Shown here: positions 1 to 7,960 of the stretch, one piece after another
How positions within the stretch are numbered: position 1 is the first letter of the stretch
Layout: every line of letters begins with the position of its first letter
Notes under the pieces: model-generated
Database searches by the model: none
Told to the model about the DNA's origin: nothing
Seen by the model: the letters and a program-made list of their open reading frames with translations, nothing else
Made by a program: the position numbers and the translations under genes
Assembly (NCBI GenBank): GCA_016934605.1
Contig: JAFGSO010000158.1
Coordinates: 1 to 37,109 of the forward strand
From: Calditrichota bacterium
GTDB lineage: Bacteria; Calditrichota; Calditrichia; RBG-13-44-9
Direction: 5' to 3'
Length of the DNA: 37,109 nt

Positions 1-229
1 ATTCCAGGCCCTTTCTGAACCGTAAGCCGAATAGTGATTTTGCAGAGATCCGATTCGGATATATCGTTTGCTGTTTGCTGGAACCTGATTATATGCCTGT
101 GAAAAAAATATGATTAGGTGTATACAGCTAATAAATAAAAGGGTCCGTAAAATGCAATGTTTCGTTATCATTTTTCACATTCCTTGATTTAACAAAATGA
201 TTTTTTAAAAATTGTTGAGTCATATACTA

Positions 230-1624
230 CTATCGCATCAGTACCATCTTCCTGGTCTCAACATAGTCGCCTGCCTGCAACCTGTACATGTACACTCCAC
301 TGGCCATCCCGGCCGGCCGGGACCAATCGTATTCATAGGAAACGGAAAGCAGTTGACCAGAAAGCAGGGTGGCAACTTCCTCTCCGAGTATGTTGAAGAC
401 CTTCAGAGTCACCTCACTGGTCTTTGGCAGATCAAATTTTATGATGGTCGTCGGGTTGAAGGGATTTGGGAAATTCTGATGTAAGAAATATTCTAAGGAT
501 ATTACATCATTATTTTTTTCTAGAGTTGTTAGATCAGGAGAAATCTTGATCAACCAAACATCATCCATACCAGCACCATATGATCCTGTATAACCAGTTA
601 AGATATATCCTCTGTCTAAAGTTTGCTGAATAGATAAACCATAATCATTATAGCTTCCTCCAAGTAGTTTCGTCCACAACATATCACCTGATGAATCAGT
701 TTTGATCAGCCAAATATCACTTCCGCCTTGTCCATATGAGTCTGTAAATCCAGCTATTATAAAGCCTCCTTCCAGTGTCTGCTGGACGGATAGCCCAAAA
801 TCTGTAAAGACTCCTCCAAAAGTTTTCGTCCAGAGTGTATCACCAAAAGGATTAGTTTTAATCAGATAAACATCTTCATAAGCAGTTCCAAATATATCTA
901 CATCTCCGGCAATGATATACCCTCCGTCTGATGTCTCTTGGACTGACCAACCCTCTCCGGTAAAGGTTTTTGTCCAAAGTGAATCTCCGTATGAATCAGT
1001 TTTAATCAGCCAGATTTCACCATTTGTCGTTCCAGTTAGAATATATCCCCCATCTGAAGTCTGCTGTACTGACCGCCCTTCATCTTGACCATCTTTTCCA
1101 AATGTTTTTGTCCATAAAGTATCTCCATGTGAATCAGTTTTAATCAGCCAGATTTCACCATTTGTCGTTCCAGTTAGAATATATCCTCCATCTGAAGTCT
1201 GCTGAACTGACCGCGCTTCATCTTGGCCATCTTTTCCAAATGTTTTTGTCCATAAAGTATCTCCAAATGCATCAGTCTTTATCAGCCAGATATTTGACTG
1301 TTTATTGCCAGCAATTATATACCCTCCGTCAACAGTCTGCTGAACCGAGCTGCCCCATTCAGAATTTATTCCCCCATAAGTTTTTGTCCATATAGTGTCA
1401 CCAAAAAAATCAGTTTTGATCAACCAAACATCACTATTATGATTATTTACACTATATAATCCGACTATTATATACCCCCCATCTGAAGTCTGCTGTACTG
1501 AATTACCCCTATCCCAATAATTATTTCCAAATGTTTTAGTCCACAACGTGTCAGGTGCTTGGGCAGGTAAGAACTGAAAGGAAAATTCAAAACAAATCAA
1601 GGTACAAAACGTAACACATTTCAT
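230..1624 (-). CDS. Secreted tandem-repeat (probably beta-propeller-like) protein with T9SS type-A C-terminal sorting domain
   Basis: 464-aa ORF. N-terminal hydrophobic signal-like segment (MKCVTFCTLICFEFSFQFLPAQA). About nine 40-46-aa repeats of the form SVQQTSDGGYII.G...D.WLIKTD..GDTLWTKTFG. C-terminus NFPNPFNPTTIIKFDLPKTSEVTLKVFNILGEEVATL...ASGVYMYRLQAGDYVETRKMVLMR fits the Por/T9SS sorting-tail pattern. AGGGGA Shine-Dalgarno-like motif just upstream of the ATG. Confidence 0.9.
   Translation of the reverse strand: MKCVTFCTLICFEFSFQFLPAQAPDTLWTKTFGNNYWDRGNSVQQTSDGGYIIVGLYSVNNHNSDVWLIKTDFFGDTIWTKTYGGINSEWGSSVQQTVDGGYIIAGNKQSNIWLIKTDAFGDTLWTKTFGKDGQDEARSVQQTSDGGYILTGTTNGEIWLIKTDSHGDTLWTKTFGKDGQDEGRSVQQTSDGGYILTGTTNGEIWLIKTDSYGDSLWTKTFTGEGWSVQETSDGGYIIAGDVDIFGTAYEDVYLIKTNPFGDTLWTKTFGGVFTDFGLSVQQTLEGGFIIAGFTDSYGQGGSDIWLIKTDSSGDMLWTKLLGGSYNDYGLSIQQTLDRGYILTGYTGSYGAGMDDVWLIKISPDLTTLEKNNDVISLEYFLHQNFPNPFNPTTIIKFDLPKTSEVTLKVFNILGEEVATLLSGQLLSVSYEYDWSRPAGMASGVYMYRLQAGDYVETRKMVLMR
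1012..1287. repeat. Two near-identical 138-nt tandem units inside the repeat protein gene
   Basis: Units 1012-1149 and 1150-1287 both begin agatttcaccatttgtcgttccagttagaatatatcc and differ at only a handful of positions. They encode TFGKDGQDE(A/G)RSVQQTSDGGYILTGTTNGEIWLIKTDS(H/Y)GD(T/S)LWTK twice. The other repeats in the gene are much more diverged. Confidence 0.9.
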
Positions 1625-1691
1625 GACAATCCCCTGCTTTAGATTTTCTTAGCTATTTTATCGTAAGTTTAGTGCATATGACCACAAGAGA

Positions 1692-4607
1692 TTATCTCAT
1701 CAAAACCATCTTCCTCATTTGAACATATTTACCTGCCTGCAGCCTGTACAGGTACACGCCACTTGCGAGATTAGCTGCATCCCAGTTGTATGAGTATGAG
1801 CCAGCGGCGAGCCTATCAGAGACAAGTGTAGCTACTTCCTCTCCGACAATATTGAATATCTTCAGGCTAACTTTACTTGTCTTCGGCAGATCAAATTCAA
1901 TAGTCGTATTCGGGTTGAAGGGATTGGGATAGTTCTGCTTCAGCACAAAATATCTGACTGGCAATGTTTTGTATTCCAATGCTGAGGGAGAATATGTTAC
2001 TTGAATACGACTTGAATCTTTGTAAACTTTTACCCCATGGAGAGTCACCGGTCCGCTGTCGCAGGTGAATGACTCTTGTTGAACGATAAGATGATTTTTC
2101 AGATTTTGCCAGTGAACCGTATATCCCTCTGGAACGATAAAATTTTGTAATCTCCTCAATGTAACATCGGTCGTCGCAGAATCGGGAGCCGTAAGTGTCC
2201 CGGAGGTAGTAACAAGATCCTTCACGAATAGGGTTATTTCCCACCTCTCCGGCACATCAACAATATCATCCTTCCAGTCTAGATGACCATTAATGGAACC
2301 AATCGCATCGCCATTATACATACCACCGTTACCCGGATTATAATCGATAGAGCAATTGGAAAAAGCGGGATATGAAAGATCCGTTCTGTATCGTGTTAAG
2401 AAACTGAAGTTGGGAAAACTGGGAGACCAGGGTGAACTTAAATATGTCTGTCCATGGTCAGACCAGCTCCAGAAATGATATCCGCCGTGTTTTGAAACAC
2501 GAATTGAATCATAAAAAGCCGGTTTTTCTTCCCAACCTGCCTGACCATCATGTTTTCCGCAAAAAGTAAAAAGAAGCGGCAATGAGTTCAATTTGTTGGT
2601 GCTAAGTAAAAATTTAGCGTCAAGACGCTCACCCATTCTATAACCTTCATTGGTCATGAGATTCGTTTGATAGGTCCCCCAGAGACGAAACATATAATCA
2701 TTCCCAAATTTCGCCAGATCAAAAACAGGTGCGAAAATAAAAATCGCTGCTATTTTATCCCTGATCATTATCGAGTTGAATATGGAGCCGATTGCCCCCA
2801 TGGACCAACCCGTCATATATGTTCTGGTACTATCGACCGGAAGATTCTGGATCGCCCAATCGATAATGAATTCCACTTTCTTCGCAGTATAGTTATAAAG
2901 CATTCCCGATGTCGGTACCGGATTTGTTGCAGCAAATAAATCATAATTTTCGTGAAACCCATAAGAATAGGTAGTAAATATCATTCCCGGAATCCACTCA
3001 TCAATACTTAAAACCCATTCATTGGGATCTCCGGTCGTCTTGAAAAAAGTAGATGTTGGTAAAAAATGGTAACCTCCTGCATGCAGATAAATCGTCAGGG
3101 GATGAGGGGCAATATTTCCTGATTTAACAATGGCAAAGTTATAGGGAAATGTTCCGGCATTTGTCATTTGAGGATAAATCGAAGATGTCACTTTGGTGGC
3201 ATACAAAACATATATTTCAAAAAGTTTTCCGCTCACGGTTCTATTCTGTTGCCATACCGGTTTCGGCATCATAACGGTTTCACTGACTGGAGATATAAGC
3301 GAATTCGAACCTGCTATAATTGTCGTGTCTTCAAGATTGTTGAAACGGGCGGTGATGGCATAATAGAAGGATCCGGTTTCTGTGGCAGTGGCAACAAACA
3401 ATCCTTTACCGGCTGCAATAGGTGTTGAAGCGGAATCAATCTTCAGGGATATTGGCACACCAATTATTTCTGAGAGACGTTCATTAATACGTGAATTATC
3501 ACGAACATTCCCCAGGTTTTGTGCAGAAGAGAGTTGATAACCATATTCAATGGGATCCGGTGACTTGTATACGGTATAAACCACATCCGTCTGTTGCAGC
3601 TCATCCCAGGTTATAAAGACCTGGCCATTTTTAAATATAGCATTCATGTTACTTATCTGTGGCCGTACAACCTCTGTAATCGCACCGAGGGTGTCATTAG
3701 AATTATCCATATCCCCGGGAAGTGTTGTAAATACATTAATATTATAAGATCCCACCAAAGGTGTCCATTCATCGAAGGATAATTGTAAATCCTCACTCGC
3801 CGGTAATGAAGTGACTGCTTGTGTGGAAGTGTAACTGCCAGGCGTAATGTGCATTGTGACAGAAAAGGATTGTGATGTGGTTCCATGATTTCTTACTGTC
3901 GCTTTTGGAATCTGAGATATCTCCAATGTCGGATTAGCTATATCAATGGATTGGACTCCCACATCTGTAGTTAATTGTGAACCGATTCTGCAATTATCGA
4001 TGTAAAGATTATTTCCCCATCCGGAAACTGCTTTGAATCGGATTCTGTTGGTTCCGGGCGGCAGGGCATAACGTTTCGTGGCCCATTGTGAGGGAGTGGG
4101 CACAAAGACAGAATGTGTAGGAGGTGCTGTCCTTAACGGTCCATATGCACCCCCATTCAATGTAACAAGAGTGGAGTAAGTCACTCCTGCATCATCGGAT
4201 ATCTCGATAATCAGAAGATCGATTTCTGTGTCATATGTCGTATAAGCATGATCAAAACTTAATGAATCACCTGCTACAGTTGGACCGAGAGATGTCAGTA
4301 CAAGTGATTGTATGGTGCCTTGTGGTGCAATATTGAAAAAGAATTGTGCGCAACCTGTTCCTATTCCGTATCCGCTGGCTAAGGGGTAATGCTGCCAGTA
4401 CAATGTACCGGTATATTCAAGAATCCATCCCTGAGGTGGAAAAATATCAGTCTCAAAATTTTCTGATATGAATGACAGAATTTTACCGGGATATCCGTAG
4501 TTCATTTGAGGGGTTTGTCCAAAAGTAAATTGGGAAAAGTGGAAAAATAAAATGATGATAAGCAGTAAAGTTTTTTCTGAAAGGTAATACTTTTTCGCAT
4601 TGAACAT
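1692..4607 (-). CDS. Secreted multidomain protein: N-terminal choice-of-anchor-J-like domain, alpha/beta-hydrolase (esterase-like) core, T9SS C-terminal sorting domain
   Basis: 971-aa ORF with a strong AAAGGAGAT RBS before the ATG and a signal-like N-terminus (LLLIIILFFHFSQFTFGQ). NFETDIFPPQGWILEYTG resembles choice-of-anchor J. The nucleophile elbow GWSMG sits in TYMTGWSMGAIGS, with downstream HD and DHG candidates for the triad. The tail is NYPNPFNPNTTIEFDLPKTSKVSLKIFNIVGEEVATL...ASGVYLYRLQAGKYVQMRKMVLMR. Confidence 0.85.
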   Translation of the reverse strand: MFNAKKYYLSEKTLLLIIILFFHFSQFTFGQTPQMNYGYPGKILSFISENFETDIFPPQGWILEYTGTLYWQHYPLASGYGIGTGCAQFFFNIAPQGTIQSLVLTSLGPTVAGDSLSFDHAYTTYDTEIDLLIIEISDDAGVTYSTLVTLNGGAYGPLRTAPPTHSVFVPTPSQWATKRYALPPGTNRIRFKAVSGWGNNLYIDNCRIGSQLTTDVGVQSIDIANPTLEISQIPKATVRNHGTTSQSFSVTMHITPGSYTSTQAVTSLPASEDLQLSFDEWTPLVGSYNINVFTTLPGDMDNSNDTLGAITEVVRPQISNMNAIFKNGQVFITWDELQQTDVVYTVYKSPDPIEYGYQLSSAQNLGNVRDNSRINERLSEIIGVPISLKIDSASTPIAAGKGLFVATATETGSFYYAITARFNNLEDTTIIAGSNSLISPVSETVMMPKPVWQQNRTVSGKLFEIYVLYATKVTSSIYPQMTNAGTFPYNFAIVKSGNIAPHPLTIYLHAGGYHFLPTSTFFKTTGDPNEWVLSIDEWIPGMIFTTYSYGFHENYDLFAATNPVPTSGMLYNYTAKKVEFIIDWAIQNLPVDSTRTYMTGWSMGAIGSIFNSIMIRDKIAAIFIFAPVFDLAKFGNDYMFRLWGTYQTNLMTNEGYRMGERLDAKFLLSTNKLNSLPLLFTFCGKHDGQAGWEEKPAFYDSIRVSKHGGYHFWSWSDHGQTYLSSPWSPSFPNFSFLTRYRTDLSYPAFSNCSIDYNPGNGGMYNGDAIGSINGHLDWKDDIVDVPERWEITLFVKDLVTTSGTLTAPDSATTDVTLRRLQNFIVPEGYTVHWQNLKNHLIVQQESFTCDSGPVTLHGVKVYKDSSRIQVTYSPSALEYKTLPVRYFVLKQNYPNPFNPNTTIEFDLPKTSKVSLKIFNIVGEEVATLVSDRLAAGSYSYNWDAANLASGVYLYRLQAGKYVQMRKMVLMR

Positions 4608-4713
4608 AGTGATCTCCTTTCTGAAATTTGATTTTCAGACTATTTCTAAATTTTTGACTATAAGGCATTCGCCTCACCATAATATTCAGTTTATTCATAA
4701 AATTTCTATTGTC

Positions 4714-7350
4714 CTATCGCATAAGGATCATCTTCCTCGTCTCCACATAATCGCCTGCCTGCAACCTGTACAAATACACTCCACTGGCAAGATTCGACGC
4801 ATCCCATTCAACCGAATGCGAACCGGAAAGCAGAGAACCAGAAAGCAGGGTAGTGACTTCTTCTCCCAGAACATTGAATATTTTCAAAGTAACCTCACTG
4901 GTCTTCGGCAGATCAAACTGGATAGTTGTAGTCGGGTTGAAGGGATTGGGATAATTCTGGTATAGTTGATATCGCTTCACAATTTGAGATTCATCTGTAT
5001 TCCGTTTAATCCCGACAGTGATATTCTGCTGCCCGTGACCACCATACGCACCCATATCACAGGTGATTGTTCCCATGGCTGGCCACAGGGCAAAACCTGA
5101 ATTTTGAGGGTCTTCTGGATCAAAAGAAGATGGATCCGGATTACCGGCATCGATGCAGGGAGAGCTTGGCGATAAACAACAGTGCATGGTATCATTGGGT
5201 GCCATCAGACTGTCATGGAATAAAGGATCTGAGTTCATATTATGAAATCCTGTATATCCACCCCGGATATCCGAATATTGAACGGTGATTTGACCGCCAT
5301 TAAAATTATATATTTCATTCGCCTGACCCGCAGCACTATCTCCCCATAGAATCGTGTTAATGATTTTTGGGTGCGCCTGGGCACCATAGCTGCAAAGACC
5401 ACCGCCATGAATGAGTGCATTATTTTTAGTAATGGTATTATTTATGATTAACGGTCTAGTGGGTTGGGGCTGATGACCACTAAAATAGCATACAGCTATA
5501 CCCGCGGCATAACCCGCCTGGTTGTTGGTTATAATATTGTTTAAAATATCCGGATTACAATTTTCAATATAGACTCCACCACCTTCACCGTAAATATGTT
5601 GTGGACCACCATGGGACTCATTATGAGTAATTAGATTTCCACTGGCGATTACCTTCCCTTGACAGTAAGCAATGGCCAAACCCCCACCTCCTACAAATTG
5701 ACTGGAATTACAAATATTTTGCTGTACAATATTATCTGTAAAAATTATACTATCTGAATTGTCTGGAAGGTATAACAAGACTCCTCCGCCAGCTCCCCAA
5801 TTATGAATAATTGAATTATCACTGATAGTATTATTCCGAATCGTGATTGATTTTCCATAAGTATCTATTCCTGCACCACCTGCCCAATTGTTGGGTTCAT
5901 TAATACTATTATACCTAATTATGTTATTTTCAATAATACAGGTTGAAGCGTTAATTTCAATACCCGCACCCATGCAGTCGATTCCCCGAGAACTAAGGGA
6001 ATTATGTATTATTTTATTATGAGTGATAGAACAACTGGAGGAGTCCACAAAAATCCCTCCACCACCATTATATGGGGTTCCCTGGAAACTTGCGATAGTA
6101 CCGGTACCGTGAGTAATAGTGAATCCGGTTAACGTAGTAGTGCTATCCTCCTCGGAGACAATATATACCACCGACCCACTATCTGGATTCGTCGGCTGAC
6201 TCCCATCAATAATGGTATTGCTGATATGGCTGGTATCTCCATCCACCAGGAAATGGCTGGCCACGGTAATGGCTTTTCCTTTGAAATTGATGTTTTCGTA
6301 ATAGGTGCCTTCATCCACCAGTACGACATCGCCATTGCTGGCGGAATCAATCCCGGCCTGGATGGTGGGGACGTCTGTTGGGACATTAATTACTCTTGGT
6401 GAAGAGGCAAAGCCTATTCTGGCAGTAGAGCTGTTTGGATGTCCCTGGTACCACATTTCATATGCGGAACCTTTGAAAATAAGGCATGGAGACCAAACCC
6501 AGAATTGCTCCCAACTACCTGATGGACCAACATCCAAAACAGGATTAAAAGCATATTTATTCCAGTTAATACCATCTGTTGAAGTTGCGTAACCAATTCT
6601 TATTGTATTGTTATCATTACCGGAATACAACATTTCATAAAAACTGCCATTATGAATAACGCTGCAAACACATGTCCACAAGTCATCCCAACTCCCAGAG
6701 GGGCCTAAATTTAAAACAGGATTACCTGATTTTAACCAAGTGCTCCCATCCGTTGATGTCGCATATCCGATACGGGCTTGTGTACCGTCATTGCCGGTGT
6801 ACCACATATTGAATGTTGTTCCATCAAATATGACAGACGGAAATGATGCCCATGTATCATCCCATTCACCAGAGGTTCCGATGTTCAACACCGGATTATT
6901 AGGATCCCGTGTCCAAGAAATTCCATCCGCTGATGTAGCGTGGCCGGTTCGAAAATAAGTACCATCGAAGCCACCATACCACATATGAAAAATTGTATCA
7001 ACTTTCACTACTGAACAACCCCCAACACCCTGATCCCAGTTTCCTGTACCTCCACCAGGAAACACAGGATTGCCGGCATGTTTACTCCAAGTTACTCCAT
7101 CTGGTGAATTTGCATATCCTATCTGAGCGGTTAGATCATTAGGTGTGAACGATCCACTATACCACATATGGTAAATTCCACCCTCGTAGATGATAAAAGG
7201 TTGTCCCACGCCATTTTGATCCCAGGATCCTGAAGATCCAGGATTTAACACAGGATTCCCCGTATATTTGGTCCACATGGTTTGAGATCCTGCGAAAGAT
7301 AAAAGACCAAAGATCAAAGATAAAAGAATAACCAGTAATTTGTTAGACAT
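4714..7350 (-). CDS. Secreted fusion protein: 5-bladed GH43/GH130-like beta-propeller, right-handed parallel beta-helix, T9SS sorting domain
   Basis: 878-aa ORF with RBS AAGGGGGA and signal peptide MSNKLLVILLSLIFGLLSFAGSQ. Five blade-like repeats (IGYATSTDG..W.K...NPVL..GPSGSWD...MWY.G). Then VPTIQAGIDSASNGDVVLVDEGTYYENINFKGKAITVAS followed by glycine/asparagine-rich beta-helix coils (GGGI...N.I..N). The tail is NYPNPFNPTTTIQFDLPKTSEVTLKIFNVLGEEVTTL...KMILMR. Confidence 0.9.
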   Translation of the reverse strand: MSNKLLVILLSLIFGLLSFAGSQTMWTKYTGNPVLNPGSSGSWDQNGVGQPFIIYEGGIYHMWYSGSFTPNDLTAQIGYANSPDGVTWSKHAGNPVFPGGGTGNWDQGVGGCSVVKVDTIFHMWYGGFDGTYFRTGHATSADGISWTRDPNNPVLNIGTSGEWDDTWASFPSVIFDGTTFNMWYTGNDGTQARIGYATSTDGSTWLKSGNPVLNLGPSGSWDDLWTCVCSVIHNGSFYEMLYSGNDNNTIRIGYATSTDGINWNKYAFNPVLDVGPSGSWEQFWVWSPCLIFKGSAYEMWYQGHPNSSTARIGFASSPRVINVPTDVPTIQAGIDSASNGDVVLVDEGTYYENINFKGKAITVASHFLVDGDTSHISNTIIDGSQPTNPDSGSVVYIVSEEDSTTTLTGFTITHGTGTIASFQGTPYNGGGGIFVDSSSCSITHNKIIHNSLSSRGIDCMGAGIEINASTCIIENNIIRYNSINEPNNWAGGAGIDTYGKSITIRNNTISDNSIIHNWGAGGGVLLYLPDNSDSIIFTDNIVQQNICNSSQFVGGGGLAIAYCQGKVIASGNLITHNESHGGPQHIYGEGGGVYIENCNPDILNNIITNNQAGYAAGIAVCYFSGHQPQPTRPLIINNTITKNNALIHGGGLCSYGAQAHPKIINTILWGDSAAGQANEIYNFNGGQITVQYSDIRGGYTGFHNMNSDPLFHDSLMAPNDTMHCCLSPSSPCIDAGNPDPSSFDPEDPQNSGFALWPAMGTITCDMGAYGGHGQQNITVGIKRNTDESQIVKRYQLYQNYPNPFNPTTTIQFDLPKTSEVTLKIFNVLGEEVTTLLSGSLLSGSHSVEWDASNLASGVYLYRLQAGDYVETRKMILMR

Positions 7351-7416
7351 TTTAAATCCCCCTTCTTAATTTGGTTGACGCTTATATTTATTAAAATAAA
7401 GAGATCAAATGCTATC

Positions 7417-7449
7417 ACTCTGGGGTCAAAAGTTTGCAATTATGTTGCA
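7417..7449 (-). promoter_or_regulatory. Conserved 33-nt upstream motif, copy 1 (candidate promoter/operator of cargo gene 4714-7350)
   Basis: actctggggtcaaaagtttgcaattatgttgca. The first 14 nt are identical to 28841-28854. Both copies continue TTTGC-N7/8-TTGCA. The motif lies 67-99 nt upstream of the start codon at 7350. Confidence 0.45.
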
Positions 7450-7474
7450 AAAAGCGCCAGAAACATGGCGCCGG

Positions 7475-7530
7475 GATAAAGGACAAAGGAGAAAGGACAA
7501 AGAAAAGACAACAAGATAACGAGACACAAG
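7475..7530. repeat. Degenerate heptanucleotide tandem array (purine-rich strand)
   Basis: Reads gataaag gacaaag gagaaag gacaaag aaaagac aacaaga taacgag acacaag. The 7-nt period is incompatible with coding. The tract aagaaaagacaacaagataac is shared with 9375-9395. Confidence 0.75.
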
Positions 7531-7611
7531 AGTGCAATAATCGAAAAACCCCGACATATTTTCTCAAAAATCATATATTAGAATTGTTTCTTGAGCGTTG
7601 TTCCTTAAGCT

Positions 7612-7645
7612 CCGCCGGGCGGGCAGCCTGCCCGCCCACTGGCGG
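7612..7645. other. GC-rich hairpin downstream of the AraC remnant
   Basis: ccgcc gggcgggca gcc tgcccgccc act ggcgg. A 9-bp inner stem plus a 5-bp outer stem. No U-tract on either strand, so it is not called as an intrinsic terminator. Confidence 0.5.
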
Positions 7646-7685
7646 GGATTCGTATACTGACGGACTTGAAGGTTTATCTCATATT

Positions 7686-7754
7686 CTATTCATTTCGGGC
7701 ATAGTACGAAGGTGATGTGCCAAACTGTTCCTGGAGGTAGCGGGAATAATACAG
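7686..7754 (-). pseudogene. 3' remnant of an AraC-type HTH / hybrid sensor gene (last ~22 codons and the stop)
   Basis: The minus-strand translation LYYSRYLQEQFGTSPSYYARNE* aligns with the C-termini of the two intact sensors (YFSRCFQEQFGESPSHYARQD*, YFSHCFQKQFGELPSQYVRN...). Nucleotide similarity to 9920-9975 is obvious (gggcatagt.cgaaggtgat.....aactgttcctgga). Homology stops abruptly near 7755, and an in-frame stop lies upstream of that point. Confidence 0.8.
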
Positions 7755-7960
7755 AAGTATAAGAAGGGTACGGGTGTAAGGAGAAAGGTGGTGAGTTCCT
7801 TAACTGGAATTTTATGATATCAAATTCAGTAAATCTTAATTGAATGTTGGCAGGATTTTTTGATGGAGATTTTAATGTTAACCATTATACTGGTCATTTG
7901 TTATTGATTATAACCAGCAGAATGGTTATATTTAGCTTAACAAAATATATGGGAATGATA

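Noticed and set aside
212-484. Plus-strand ORFs of 65-121 aa overlapping the 3' ends of cargo genes (212-484, 4600-4965, 33594-33791). Their translations resemble each other (…HLPRLHI.ACLQPV.IHSTG…).
   Set aside because: They are the antisense reading of the conserved T9SS sorting-tail DNA. Their mutual similarity simply mirrors conservation of the real minus-strand domain. They have no RBS or independent signal.
7434-7715. Intergenic ORFs 7434-7715, 9292-9504 and 9670-9900, which share a peptide (ITSPSGHRTGYK).
   Set aside because: They run through heptanucleotide arrays (period 7, non-coding), the 21-nt core repeat and pieces of gene remnants. The shared peptide is just the translated 21-mer.
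7844-7960. N-terminal 39-codon extension of the ATPase ORF.
   Set aside because: The stretch is hydrophobic and low-complexity, with no homology-like features. The P-loop protein body begins after the ATG at 7961, which has a GGGA motif upstream. The true start remains uncertain (7949, 7955 and 7961 are all ATG).
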